This document shows, one piece after another, positions 10,959 through 19,475 of a stretch of DNA of 64,000 bases. Under the pieces are notes generated by a model. It was not told where the DNA came from. It did no database searches and saw only the letters and a list, made by a program, of their open reading frames with translations. The translations under genes and the position numbers were made by a program. The stretch is from the NCBI GenBank assembly GCA_965200245.1, contig CBDATS010000004.1:832001-896000 (forward strand), in the 5' to 3' direction. Origin of the DNA: a bacterium (GTDB taxonomy: Bacteria; UBA8248). The first letter of the stretch is position 1, and every line of letters starts with the position of its first letter.

Positions 10959-11837
10959 TCAACCGAGAGACGCATACCACTTCGCAATCGCCTGGCCCAT
11001 CTCATCGGGCGAGTCCTCATGACAATAATGAATCCCGGGAACTGTCGACTCTTTCATGTTCGGCCAGCTTCGAACCATTTCCCGGTGTTTTCCCACGAGC
11101 ACGGCGCCGGGATCCGAATTGATAAGCAACTTGGGCGCAGGATGATTTTCGAGCCAGGCGTTGTTGCGCTCGATGATTTCGAGAACATCCGCGGGTTCTC
11201 CCCCGATGGGAATCTCGCGCGGCCAGGTGAGCGTGGGTCTCCTGTCTTCGCCGGGATTGCTGTAGGGCCTTCGATATTCGTCGTGAATCTCCGGGGACAG
11301 TTCACGAACAACCATTGCAGGCAGAATCTTCTCCACGAAAAAGTTCTGCTCCAAAACGAGTTCCTCACCCTCCTCACTTCTGAACCTCCTGAAAAGGGTC
11401 TGCACCTCGGGCGGCCAGTGGTTCCACTCGAAATCGCCGACCACCCCCTGGCAGATTACGACGCCTTTGAGCGTATCTTGCCTCTCTGACGCCCATGTGA
11501 AGCCCAGTTGTGCGCCCCAGTCGTGCGTCACGATGGTGACGTTTTCCTCCACGCCCAGCGCGTCCATCAATGCGTTCGTGAAAGGCTGGTGATCGACCAG
11601 GCGATACATGGAGCCGTTCAGTTTTTCAGAATCCCCCTGTCCGATGTTATCTATCGCAATACAGCGGCCCAGCCCCTCGACGTGGGGAATCACGTTTCGC
11701 CACATGTAAGAAGAGGTGATGTTCCCGTGAAAAAAAATGATGGGGTCCCCCTCGCCCGCTTCTACGTAGGCCATCCTTCTGCCGAGGACCTGCACGAATT
11801 TTTTCTCATACCTCATGCGAGGTTCTATCTTCGTCAT
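10959..11837 (-). CDS. Haloalkane dehalogenase (LinB/DhaA-type alpha/beta hydrolase)
   Basis: FFHGNITSSYMWRNVIPH, nucleophile motif HDWGA, RRPTLTWPREIPIGGEPADV, GIHYCHEDSPDEMG. Confidence 0.9.
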   Translation of the reverse strand: MTKIEPRMRYEKKFVQVLGRRMAYVEAGEGDPIIFFHGNITSSYMWRNVIPHVEGLGRCIAIDNIGQGDSEKLNGSMYRLVDHQPFTNALMDALGVEENVTIVTHDWGAQLGFTWASERQDTLKGVVICQGVVGDFEWNHWPPEVQTLFRRFRSEEGEELVLEQNFFVEKILPAMVVRELSPEIHDEYRRPYSNPGEDRRPTLTWPREIPIGGEPADVLEIIERNNAWLENHPAPKLLINSDPGAVLVGKHREMVRSWPNMKESTVPGIHYCHEDSPDEMGQAIAKWYASLG

Positions 11838-11859
11838 CTCGTTCCTCTTGCACTTGCCA

Positions 11860-12912
11860 CTATTCCCCCACATGCAAGACCAGCTTGCCGCGCACGTGGC
11901 CTTCTTCCAGGAATGTGTGGGCCTGAGCGATGTTCTCCCCGTTCATGACACCCATATCCGTGAGTTCAGGCGCCTTGATCTCCCCCGCCTCCACCCAGTC
12001 ACGGATTTCTTCGAGCGCTTTCTTGTAAACGCCGTAGCAGGCGGGACCGCCTCCGCGCACGGGCGCACGCAGGAAGGTGCCGTGAAACGAAGCTGATTTG
12101 GTGAACAGGGGACCTTCTTGGGATGAGAAGAACTCATCGATTGGTGCACCCGGTTCAGGTGTGATGGAAGAAATTCTCCCCCAGTAATCCACCACCTCGC
12201 AGCAGAGTTTCTTCATCTCGCGGCCCACGAAATCAAACGTGGCCGGGAAAAGACGTCCTCCGTTCATTTCAACCGCCTGATGAGCCAACTCGTCGAAAGA
12301 AAGACCAGGATACTTCAAGACGCCGTTCGGGGCGGGCCCTATCAGGCCCTCGATATATCTGGCACTCTCATCGCTTCCCGCCGTGACGATAATGGGAGAA
12401 GCGCCGATGCGTCTGAGCATCTGAAGACCCATGGTCCCCACGCCCCCCGAACCACCGGCCACGAATACCGCTTCTCCCGCCTCGACCCGTGCCTTCATGA
12501 TAATCGCCTCATGGGCTGTCAGCGAAACGAGCGGCAGGGAAGCCGCCTGTGCGAAAGTTACGTTCCTGGGCTTTTTCACGACAAACGCCTGATGGATGCA
12601 TACCAACTCGGCATACCCGTCCCCACCGCTGTCACCGAATCTCGGAAGATAGGCCATCACCTCATCTCCGGGACTAAATTCCGACACGCGCTCGCCTACC
12701 GATTCGACCACGCCTGCCGTATCCCGGCCCAGGATGATGGGAACCGCGCCCTGGTTTCCGCCACGTCTGGCCTTGAAATCGGTAGGATTCACGGAAACCG
12801 CTTTCGCTCGTAACCTGACTTCCTCCGGCGCAGGCTCTCTCTCGGGCCAATCGGCGTCCTCGAAATTCTCCACGCCTCCAAACTCTTTCAACACGACTGC
12901 TCTCATTTTCAT
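11860..12912 (-). CDS. NADPH:quinone oxidoreductase / MDR superfamily
   Basis: AVSVNPTDFK, ILGRDTAGVV, AASLPLVSLTA, AGGSGGVG, GHVRGKLVL. Confidence 0.9.
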   Translation of the reverse strand: MKMRAVVLKEFGGVENFEDADWPEREPAPEEVRLRAKAVSVNPTDFKARRGGNQGAVPIILGRDTAGVVESVGERVSEFSPGDEVMAYLPRFGDSGGDGYAELVCIHQAFVVKKPRNVTFAQAASLPLVSLTAHEAIIMKARVEAGEAVFVAGGSGGVGTMGLQMLRRIGASPIIVTAGSDESARYIEGLIGPAPNGVLKYPGLSFDELAHQAVEMNGGRLFPATFDFVGREMKKLCCEVVDYWGRISSITPEPGAPIDEFFSSQEGPLFTKSASFHGTFLRAPVRGGGPACYGVYKKALEEIRDWVEAGEIKAPELTDMGVMNGENIAQAHTFLEEGHVRGKLVLHVGE

Positions 12913-12918
12913 CCTCCG

Positions 12919-13710
12919 CTATACCATCCATGCCCCGCCCGAGATGACCATTCCCTGACCCGTGACGTTCTTGCTCTCCTCGCTCGCGAGATAAACCGCC
13001 AAATGACCCACATCGTCTGGCGTTTGTTCGCGTCCGAAAGGAACCGTCGCCTCTACGTATTCGTCGAAAACCCGCCTCGCGGGTCTGTCTGTTTCCGCTC
13101 CGATGATGACGCCCAGGCTCTTCTCCCATATGTTCGTCCACAAGAGACCCGGATTGATCGCGTTCACGTTCACGTTGTAGGGAGCCATCTCCCTGGCCAG
13201 GCTTATGGTGAAATTCATGCACGCTGCCTTGGAGGCGGAATAATGTGGTACGCTCGCGTTCGCGCGTCTCGCAGCGAGCGAGGCCAGATTGATGATCTTC
13301 CCGTATCTGCGCTCGCGCATGTGGGGAGCGACCGCCCGGCACATCAGGAAAACGCCCGCGGCGTTGACCGCGAAGACGGCATTCCAGTCATCGAGCGTTA
13401 TCCGATCGATGGGAAGACCCATGAGCGCGGCACCCCTGCCGTGGCAATTTACCAAAACGTCGATACATCCCATTCGGTCGATGGCTGTCTGCACGATGCG
13501 TTCGGCGTCCGTCTCATTCGCCACGTTCGCCGTCAGGGCAAAATGTGTCCCTTCGCCCGCGTCGTCCAGTCCGCTTCGGCTTACCTCATCGCTCAAGTCG
13601 ACCACGCATATCCGCGCACCCTCGCGGGAAAAAGCGCGGATGATGGCCCGGCCGATTCCGCCGCCGCCACCCGTCACGACCGCTTTTTTCCCTTCCAGAC
13701 GCATGCGCAA
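12919..13710 (-). CDS. SDR family oxidoreductase (tandem copy 2)
   Basis: TGGGGGIG, INLAS, YSASK, VNAINPG, VTGQ. Confidence 0.92.
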   Translation of the reverse strand: MRMRLEGKKAVVTGGGGGIGRAIIRAFSREGARICVVDLSDEVSRSGLDDAGEGTHFALTANVANETDAERIVQTAIDRMGCIDVLVNCHGRGAALMGLPIDRITLDDWNAVFAVNAAGVFLMCRAVAPHMRERRYGKIINLASLAARRANASVPHYSASKAACMNFTISLAREMAPYNVNVNAINPGLLWTNIWEKSLGVIIGAETDRPARRVFDEYVEATVPFGREQTPDDVGHLAVYLASEESKNVTGQGMVISGGAWMV

Positions 13711-13769
13711 CCCCTCTCACCAGGAAACATTACTCACGAAACCGGATTCATTTCGAATCATCCCCCCCC

Positions 13770-14558
13770 CTAGACCATCCAGGCACCGCCCGCCAAGAGC
13801 AGACCTTGTCCGGTGACGTTTTTGCTCTCATCGCTCGCGAGGTAGACCGCCATGTGGCCTACATCGTCAGGCGTCTGCTCGCGTCCCAGGGGAACCGCCG
13901 CCTGGACGAACTCGTCGAAAACGCGCCTCGCAGGCCTGTCCGTCTCCGCACCAATGATAACGCCGTGACCCTTCTCCCAGAGGTTCGTCCAGAGCAGGCC
14001 CGGGTTGATCGCGTTTACGTTCACGTTATGGGGGGCCATCTCCTTGGCGAGACTCATCGTGAAGTTCATGCATGCCGCCTTTGAAGCGCAATAATGCGGC
14101 ACGTTTTCGTTTGCACGCCTTGCAGCGAGCGAAGCCAGGTTGATGATTTTCCCGTATCTTCGCTCGCGCAAATGGAGAGCGATCGCCCGGCACATGAGAA
14201 ACACGCCTGTCGAATTCACGTTGAAGACAGCGTTCCATTCCTCGAGTGTGATCTTATCGATCGGGTTTCCCATCAGCGCAGACGCCCTGCCGTGGCAGTT
14301 CACGAGTATGTCGATATGCCCCATCCGTTCGATGGCCGTACGGATGACGTTCTCAGCGTCCGCCTCACTCGTCACGTCCGCTGCCAAGGCAAAATGTTCC
14401 CTCTCTTCTCCCGCGTCGGCGAGCCCCTGCCCGGCTACTTCGTTATTTACGTCGACCACGCATATCCGCGCGCCCTCACGGGCGAAAGCCCGGACGATCC
14501 CTCTACCGATTCCGCCGCCGCCCCCAGTGACGACCGCCGTTTTCCCTTCCAGACGCAT
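13770..14558 (-). CDS. SDR family oxidoreductase (tandem copy 1)
   Basis: MRLEGKTAVVTGGGGGIG, YCASK. RBS GGAGGGAG before the ATG at 14558. Close paralog of the adjacent SDR. Confidence 0.92.
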   Translation of the reverse strand: MRLEGKTAVVTGGGGGIGRGIVRAFAREGARICVVDVNNEVAGQGLADAGEEREHFALAADVTSEADAENVIRTAIERMGHIDILVNCHGRASALMGNPIDKITLEEWNAVFNVNSTGVFLMCRAIALHLRERRYGKIINLASLAARRANENVPHYCASKAACMNFTMSLAKEMAPHNVNVNAINPGLLWTNLWEKGHGVIIGAETDRPARRVFDEFVQAAVPLGREQTPDDVGHMAVYLASDESKNVTGQGLLLAGGAWMV

Positions 14559-14834
14559 TTGACTCCCTCCATGAAAGACGCCCGCACGCATCGGGCACTG
14601 ACCGACCACGTACTCTTGTACGTTGGAAACTGATTCCCGTTCCTGAGGCGCGATTTGCGCCGATTCTAGCAGGAATGGTGCGGGGTGAGTATCTCGGAAA
14701 CCGAACGCCTGAAACACATCCTGCGGGGAGTTTTCCTCGCCAGGGGAGAGTGGTATTCTCCCACTGCTTCAAAACCCTTTAAAGATTGACGATTGGCATC
14801 ACGAAATTGTTCCTCAAAACGACAGGAGTTCGAA

Positions 14835-15269
14835 ATGTCCTTGATTAAAATGGCGAAAGAATTTATCGACGTCGGTATCGTGGTGAAAGATCTGGAAGTT
14901 GCCGAAAAATTTTATGGCGGAATCCTGGGACTTCCCATCGTGCGCGAGGTCGAGATTACGGCGGATAAGGCTGTGCAAGCCGGCTGTGCATCGGGAAGGT
15001 TCGAGTTCAAGGCGTTTCAGGCCGGTGAGGTGCAGCTCAAAGTCGTCCAGGCGGATTCGGACCCGCCCGCGGGAGGCGGGATCGTGGACGCTTCGACCGG
15101 TTACCGCTACCTCACGTTCACCGTGGAAAGCGTCCAAGAAGCACACGACGCACTCGTGGCGGCGGGCGTGAAGATGATGGGCGAGATTACCGAAGTCGTG
15201 CCCGGCCGGTTCATTATCTTCTTCCAGGATCCCGACGGAAACATGCTGGAGTGCGTCGGCCCCAGGTAA
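14835..15269 (+). CDS. VOC/glyoxalase family protein
   Basis: DVGIVVKDLEVAEKFYGGILGL, YLTFTV, FFQDPDGNMLE. RBS AGGAG. Confidence 0.88.
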   Translation: MSLIKMAKEFIDVGIVVKDLEVAEKFYGGILGLPIVREVEITADKAVQAGCASGRFEFKAFQAGEVQLKVVQADSDPPAGGGIVDASTGYRYLTFTVESVQEAHDALVAAGVKMMGEITEVVPGRFIIFFQDPDGNMLECVGPR

Positions 15270-15364
15270 GTTCATGCCGCGATTATGCACTTGATGCAAA
15301 CGGCCACTACAAGGATGTTTTCAGGCAATCGTTTTTTTCTTGGGAGTGCTTGAAACGCTCCTCG

Positions 15365-15701
15365 ACGGGAAGGCGAAGGGCAAGGGTAAAGCCTACAAGG
15401 GAAACAAGGCATGGGTAGCCGATGCTGGCCAGCATTGAGGATCACAGCGCCATGAGACGGTGAACTACTCCGAGGAAGAATGGGTAGTGGGAGACGTTCA
15501 CACAAACAGCACCAAAAACGTGTGGAGCCTGTTCAAGCGTTCCATCATCGGCTTTTTCCACAAGATGAGCGTCAAGCATATCGCCATCTCCCCGAGTTGG
15601 AGTTCCAGTTCAACAATCGAGAAACCCCTTACATCTTCCGTGATACGATAAATTGAATCGTGAACACGAAACACGTCGAATACAAGGAAATGGTGGCGTA
15701 G
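15365..15701 (+). pseudogene. IS1595 (ISXO2-like) transposase remnant
   Basis: Fragments GKAKGKGKAYKGNKAWV and HETVNYSEEEWVVGDVHTNSTKNVWSLFKRSIIGFFHKMSVKH...FQFNNRE...VEYKEMVA*, with deletions and frameshifts. Confidence 0.8.
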
Positions 15702-15797
15702 TGAGTCATGCGGAATTATTGCTCTGATATAAGCTGACAAAAACCCATTGTAATTTTCAGAGATATGAAAGATAACCCAATAAAGGGAGGGAGGTCC

Positions 15798-16259
15798 ATG
15801 AAGTTCAGCGAAGAGGAAAATGTAAACATGGCATCAGTTTTTGATGTCGCGAAATACATACTCGCCCAAACGGGCAAGATCACGACATGGAAACTGCAAA
15901 AACTAGTGTATTACTGCCAGGCCTGGCATCTCGTCTGGGATGAAGAACCCTTGTTTCCCGAAGCAATTCAGGCATGGATAAACGGTCCTGTATGTCCCGC
16001 TTTATACAAAAAACATCAAGGAAACTTCCATATCTCCACGATCCAGGGGAATGAGAACGTATTATCCGCAAACCAGCGTGAGACCATAGAAGTTGTCGTG
16101 TGTAAATACAATGAATACAACGGTCAGCAACTAAGCGACCTCACGCACTCCGAACCTCCTTGGAGAAACGCAAGAAAAGGCATCCCAACCAACGAAAGAG
16201 GCGCTCAGGTTATCTCCCATGAGTCGATGGCCGAATATTATGGCTCCCTACAGGAATAG
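15798..16259 (+). CDS. Panacea-domain antitoxin (DUF4065, SocA/GepA-like)
   Basis: SVFDVAKYIL, KLQKLVYYCQAWHL, LFPEAIQAWINGPV, LSDLTHSEPPW are DUF4065 signature motifs. Start could be 15798 or 15828. Confidence 0.9.
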   Translation: MKFSEEENVNMASVFDVAKYILAQTGKITTWKLQKLVYYCQAWHLVWDEEPLFPEAIQAWINGPVCPALYKKHQGNFHISTIQGNENVLSANQRETIEVVVCKYNEYNGQQLSDLTHSEPPWRNARKGIPTNERGAQVISHESMAEYYGSLQE

Positions 16260-16740
16260 AAGTAAACATTCAAAAAAGCTCCCCCAACATCTCGCCTCTT
16301 CAATCAATAAACCCAGCAAAAAAGTTCGTCAAGGGAAACACGAATCTTACGAGCATCTGGTTATTTGCTGGCATCTGGGCCTATTCGACTAGGATGGCCC
16401 GTGGGGTGAGAAGGCATGCGGGAATCTCGATTTCAAGAAACTCATCGACGAGACGATTTCAAACTGGGAAACCATGACTTGGGCTGAATTGTATAAACAG
16501 ACCGGCGGCAGAAAACAAGGCAACAACCATCATCCGATCCCGGTTTCGAATCTTTCCCTTAACACAAAAAAGCGCCTCAAAGAAATCAAAAAAGAAGACA
16601 CCGATGCAGTTATATCCCTGCGTATCAATTCCACCCAAAGACTATATGGGATCAGGGCAGGTCAAATATTCCAACTACTTTGGTACGATCCATGGCACGA
16701 CAACCATCAAAAAGCAGTCTGCCAAATCAAAAAAAGATAA
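16240..16740 (+). pseudogene. Putative cognate toxin (RelE/BECR-like nuclease, inferred), in-frame TAG
   Basis: ATG at 16240 overlaps the antitoxin end. One in-frame TAG at 16390-16392 in FD*DGPWG (likely TGG), then ETMTWAEL..HHPIPV..SLRINSTQRLYGIR..LLWYDPWH. Confidence 0.7.
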
Positions 16741-17048
16741 GAAAACCCCAAGGCTGCAATCCCCAAAATTCCGCATCTTGTGACTGTTTGCATCAAGTGT
16801 ATAATTGCGGTTCATGCATGTGCACTCCGCCAAACTTAAATAACGACGCTGGCGCGACCCGGAGCAAAAACCCTGCCATGTAGACGGAATTTTGCGATGT
16901 GTGGATTTCTCCAGGAGTCTCTGGTGGAATTCATATTTGACGAAATACAGGGGTCGAAATCCGTCTTCCAGGCAATGATATGACTGACCTTCCGGAATCG
17001 ATATAAACATCTGTTATTACTTATATATTTCTTTCTCTAGCCAACAGT

Positions 17049-17400
17049 TTGCTTGGCGTTCTTTCCAGAATGTTCTCGCTGGCCGAGACGTGGGATTTGC
17101 TCCCTCCCGGAAACAATCCCTGTCGCGCAGTACGTCCCTACAGGATGCGCCGTCGCGAGCAGTTTCTGACAGATAAGGAGTTCCGTCCAGGCAGGACGCT
17201 CGGGAACGCGGGGGCGGACAGGTCTGCATGGCCGCCTGCAACAGCCGCGATCCGGTTGTTAATACTGGTCGGATGCAGGAAGGCCGAGATACTGAACCTT
17301 CGCTGGAATGATGTGGACCATATGATGGGGGAGTTCAGGCTCCGGGACGCCAAGGCGGGTCCGCGTATGGTCCCCTGGCGACGCTCGCCCTGCAAGAATC
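17049..17400 (+). pseudogene. Tyrosine recombinase/integrase fragment
   Basis: SRMFSLAETWDLLPPGNNPC..AAIRLLILVGCRKAEILNLRWNDVD..LRDAKAGPRMVP (box I Arg and Lys). N-terminus and the catalytic HxxR/Y region are missing. Confidence 0.8.
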
Positions 17401-17439
17401 TACATAACGAGTCGGTATGCCAAATGATCCTCTTGGCAA

Positions 17440-17958
17440 TTATTCCGTTGGCGCATGTTCCTGCATGAGGACCAGTTCGCCAAGAATTCTCTCATGCCAA
17501 CGCACGGTATACGCTGGTCGCAACGCGATACTCGACCTATAACCGGCATCTTCGAGAAGTCGCTCCAACGACACCAGCCGATCCCGAAATCCCAGCCGCA
17601 CGCCGCAACGAAGACTGGCTCTGTCCGGTCCGCACAGAACCCAAGCGTCGTCCCGACTCAGCGCGTGAGCCCAGAGCGAGGCCTCTCCCCTGTCCATAGC
17701 GATATCCGGGATTCGAACGGCCAGTTCGGCACGCTCGCGGTCTTCGACTGGATAGATTGCTTCCAGGGAATCCCGCAACTCTCTGGCCTCGATTCGCAAC
17801 TCGCGTCTGCGGTGCTGCAAGCCCGTTTGCGTCTCGGCGATGCAATCCTCGACGGTTTCCACATCATAGCCGCCAGTGAGTGCTCGCCACGAACGCGTCC
17901 TGTGGGTCTCCAAGATGACGCTCGTATCGACCAGTCCGGCGTTCTGATGTCGAGCCCT
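17440..17958 (-). CDS. PIN-like domain protein (start codon apparently lost)
   Basis: The frame is open upstream of the annotated TTG: (AGG)ARHQNAGLVDTSVILETHR...EDCIAET...MDRGEASLWAHAL...LCGPDRASLR, an acidic PIN-type tetrad. It follows the HTH-peptidase stop by a few nt. Confidence 0.6.
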   Translation of the reverse strand, partial: RARHQNAGLVDTSVILETHRTRSWRALTGGYDVETVEDCIAETQTGLQHRRRELRIEARELRDSLEAIYPVEDRERAELAVRIPDIAMDRGEASLWAHALSRDDAWVLCGPDRASLRCGVRLGFRDRLVSLERLLEDAGYRSSIALRPAYTVRWHERILGELVLMQEHAPTE

Positions 17959-17964
17959 GGCGCA

Positions 17965-19071
17965 TCACAGGCCGATTTCGCACCGGACATCATGCGCTTC
18001 GAAGGTATCCGCGAGAGTCTCGACGCTCATATCGAGCAGCCCAGCGGCACGGCGAACGGAAACACAACCCCCCTCGATCGCAAGTCCGAGCACTTGCATG
18101 AAGGGTCTCGAGAACGGGACGGGCGGAGTGTCCCGGATGTCATCCTCCCCGCTCCTGCGAAGCGCCTTGTCCGGCAGGGAACGCGCTGCCGAGGATTTCA
18201 ACTTACCGAGCGCCGCCAGTCGCCATTTCAGGGCCGATGTCGTCACACGCAACTCGCTCGCCACAGCGTTCAGCCGTTCGATCAACTCATTCCGGGCGAG
18301 GTCTGACCAGTTTCCGAACCGCTTCAGGGTGGCGGTCGGCATGAGCACCGCTGAGGCGAAACTGTTGGCAAGCTGTTCGGCGCGGTCGCCTCCGCTTTCC
18401 ATCGCTTCTTCGGAATGTCTCGGCGGCATCGCATCCCAAGTGAGAATATGGAACAGTTCATGGGCGAGTTCGAAATGACGCCGTCCTTCGGCCTCACGAC
18501 GCGCGATTAACACTGCGTCGAGTTCGGGCAGGCGGCAGGCCGCGCCTGATATGCCACGCTCCATTTCCACCATGAGAACCAGGATGCCAAGTTCGCGTTC
18601 CATGACGTCCGCAAGGCGCACGGCGGGTACATCGCCGAGTTCGAATTCGGCGACAAAACGCTCACCTGCCGACATGGCGTCCTCGTAACTCGAACGGCGG
18701 GTGAGTCCGAGCGCCCGCCGCATCAGCGGTGTTTCATATTTGACCTGCGGCGCCAGCGTGCGAAATACAGCAATCCAGCGCCCGACGCTACGCTCACAGG
18801 CTTCGATCCGGGCGGCGTCGACGCCGCTCTGTCTCCAGGAGAAACGCCCTTCACCCGCGAGCAGGAACGGATCGGTGAAGTAACCCAGCGACGCGTCCAG
18901 CCTCTCGACCGCGAGCAGCAGTTCCTCCGCCTTCACGCGTCTCGCGCCCGTCTCAATGGCCGAAACTGTCTGCCGGTCCTTGAAACCGAATATCTTCGCC
19001 ACCTCTTCCTGCGAGAGCTTGCGTTCCTCGCGCAGCGCCCTCATCCGCCTGCCGATAAGACCTGTCGTCAC
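17965..19071 (-). CDS. XRE-family HTH fused to ImmA/IrrE (DUF955) zinc metallopeptidase
   Basis: IGRRMRALREERKLSQEEVA..RQTVSAIETGAR HTH; RRHFELAHELFH (HExxH); EQLANSFASAVLMP. GTG start after a G-rich RBS. Confidence 0.9.
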   Translation of the reverse strand: MTTGLIGRRMRALREERKLSQEEVAKIFGFKDRQTVSAIETGARRVKAEELLLAVERLDASLGYFTDPFLLAGEGRFSWRQSGVDAARIEACERSVGRWIAVFRTLAPQVKYETPLMRRALGLTRRSSYEDAMSAGERFVAEFELGDVPAVRLADVMERELGILVLMVEMERGISGAACRLPELDAVLIARREAEGRRHFELAHELFHILTWDAMPPRHSEEAMESGGDRAEQLANSFASAVLMPTATLKRFGNWSDLARNELIERLNAVASELRVTTSALKWRLAALGKLKSSAARSLPDKALRRSGEDDIRDTPPVPFSRPFMQVLGLAIEGGCVSVRRAAGLLDMSVETLADTFEAHDVRCEIGL

Positions 19072-19093
19072 CGGAACCCCCCTTCGCGAATAA

Positions 19094-19109
19094 TCTTGTA
19101 TATTCAAGA
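19094..19109. promoter_or_regulatory. Candidate autoregulatory operator of the XRE-peptidase gene
   Basis: Imperfect palindrome TCTTGTATATTCAAGA in an AT-rich patch ~25 bp upstream of the start. Confidence 0.35.
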
Positions 19110-19475
19110 GTACAATATATTCTGGCGATTTCATTATTGCATGCAAGTACGACTTGTGATCTGCCGTTCCCCGTTTCATCCGTGCTCGTGCCTGGGGGAC
19201 AAGCACGGACAAGAGTCGTTCCACAGCGTACTTCCTGCATCTCAATCCCGGGCTGCTGCTTCGTATATTCTTGGGACGGACTTGGCTGCTGCTCTGTTGA
19301 TCGTGCCACTGCTTCTGACAGCGGCCTGGTATTTCGGGCATCATATCGAAGAGTTACAAAAACAGGTGGGAATGGGCTAAACCGGATTTATCCTCCTGCC
19401 GGAGAACCGCGGCCACCTGGTTGACAGGGAAATTTCTGTGTCGAAAGTGGAGACCGAAAAAATGCGCGCCCCGCC

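Larger units (their letters stand above)
15278..16809. mobile_element. Non-autonomous IS1595-family cassette with TIRs, 8-bp TSD and passenger TA genes
   Basis: Left TIR CGCGATTATGCACTTGATGCAAACGGCCAC (15278-15307) and right TIR GTGACTGTTTGCATCAAGTGTATAATTGCG (16780-16809) match at 26/30 as an inverted repeat. Direct repeat GTTCATGC at 15270-15277 and 16810-16817. Transposase remnant inside. Confidence 0.85.
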
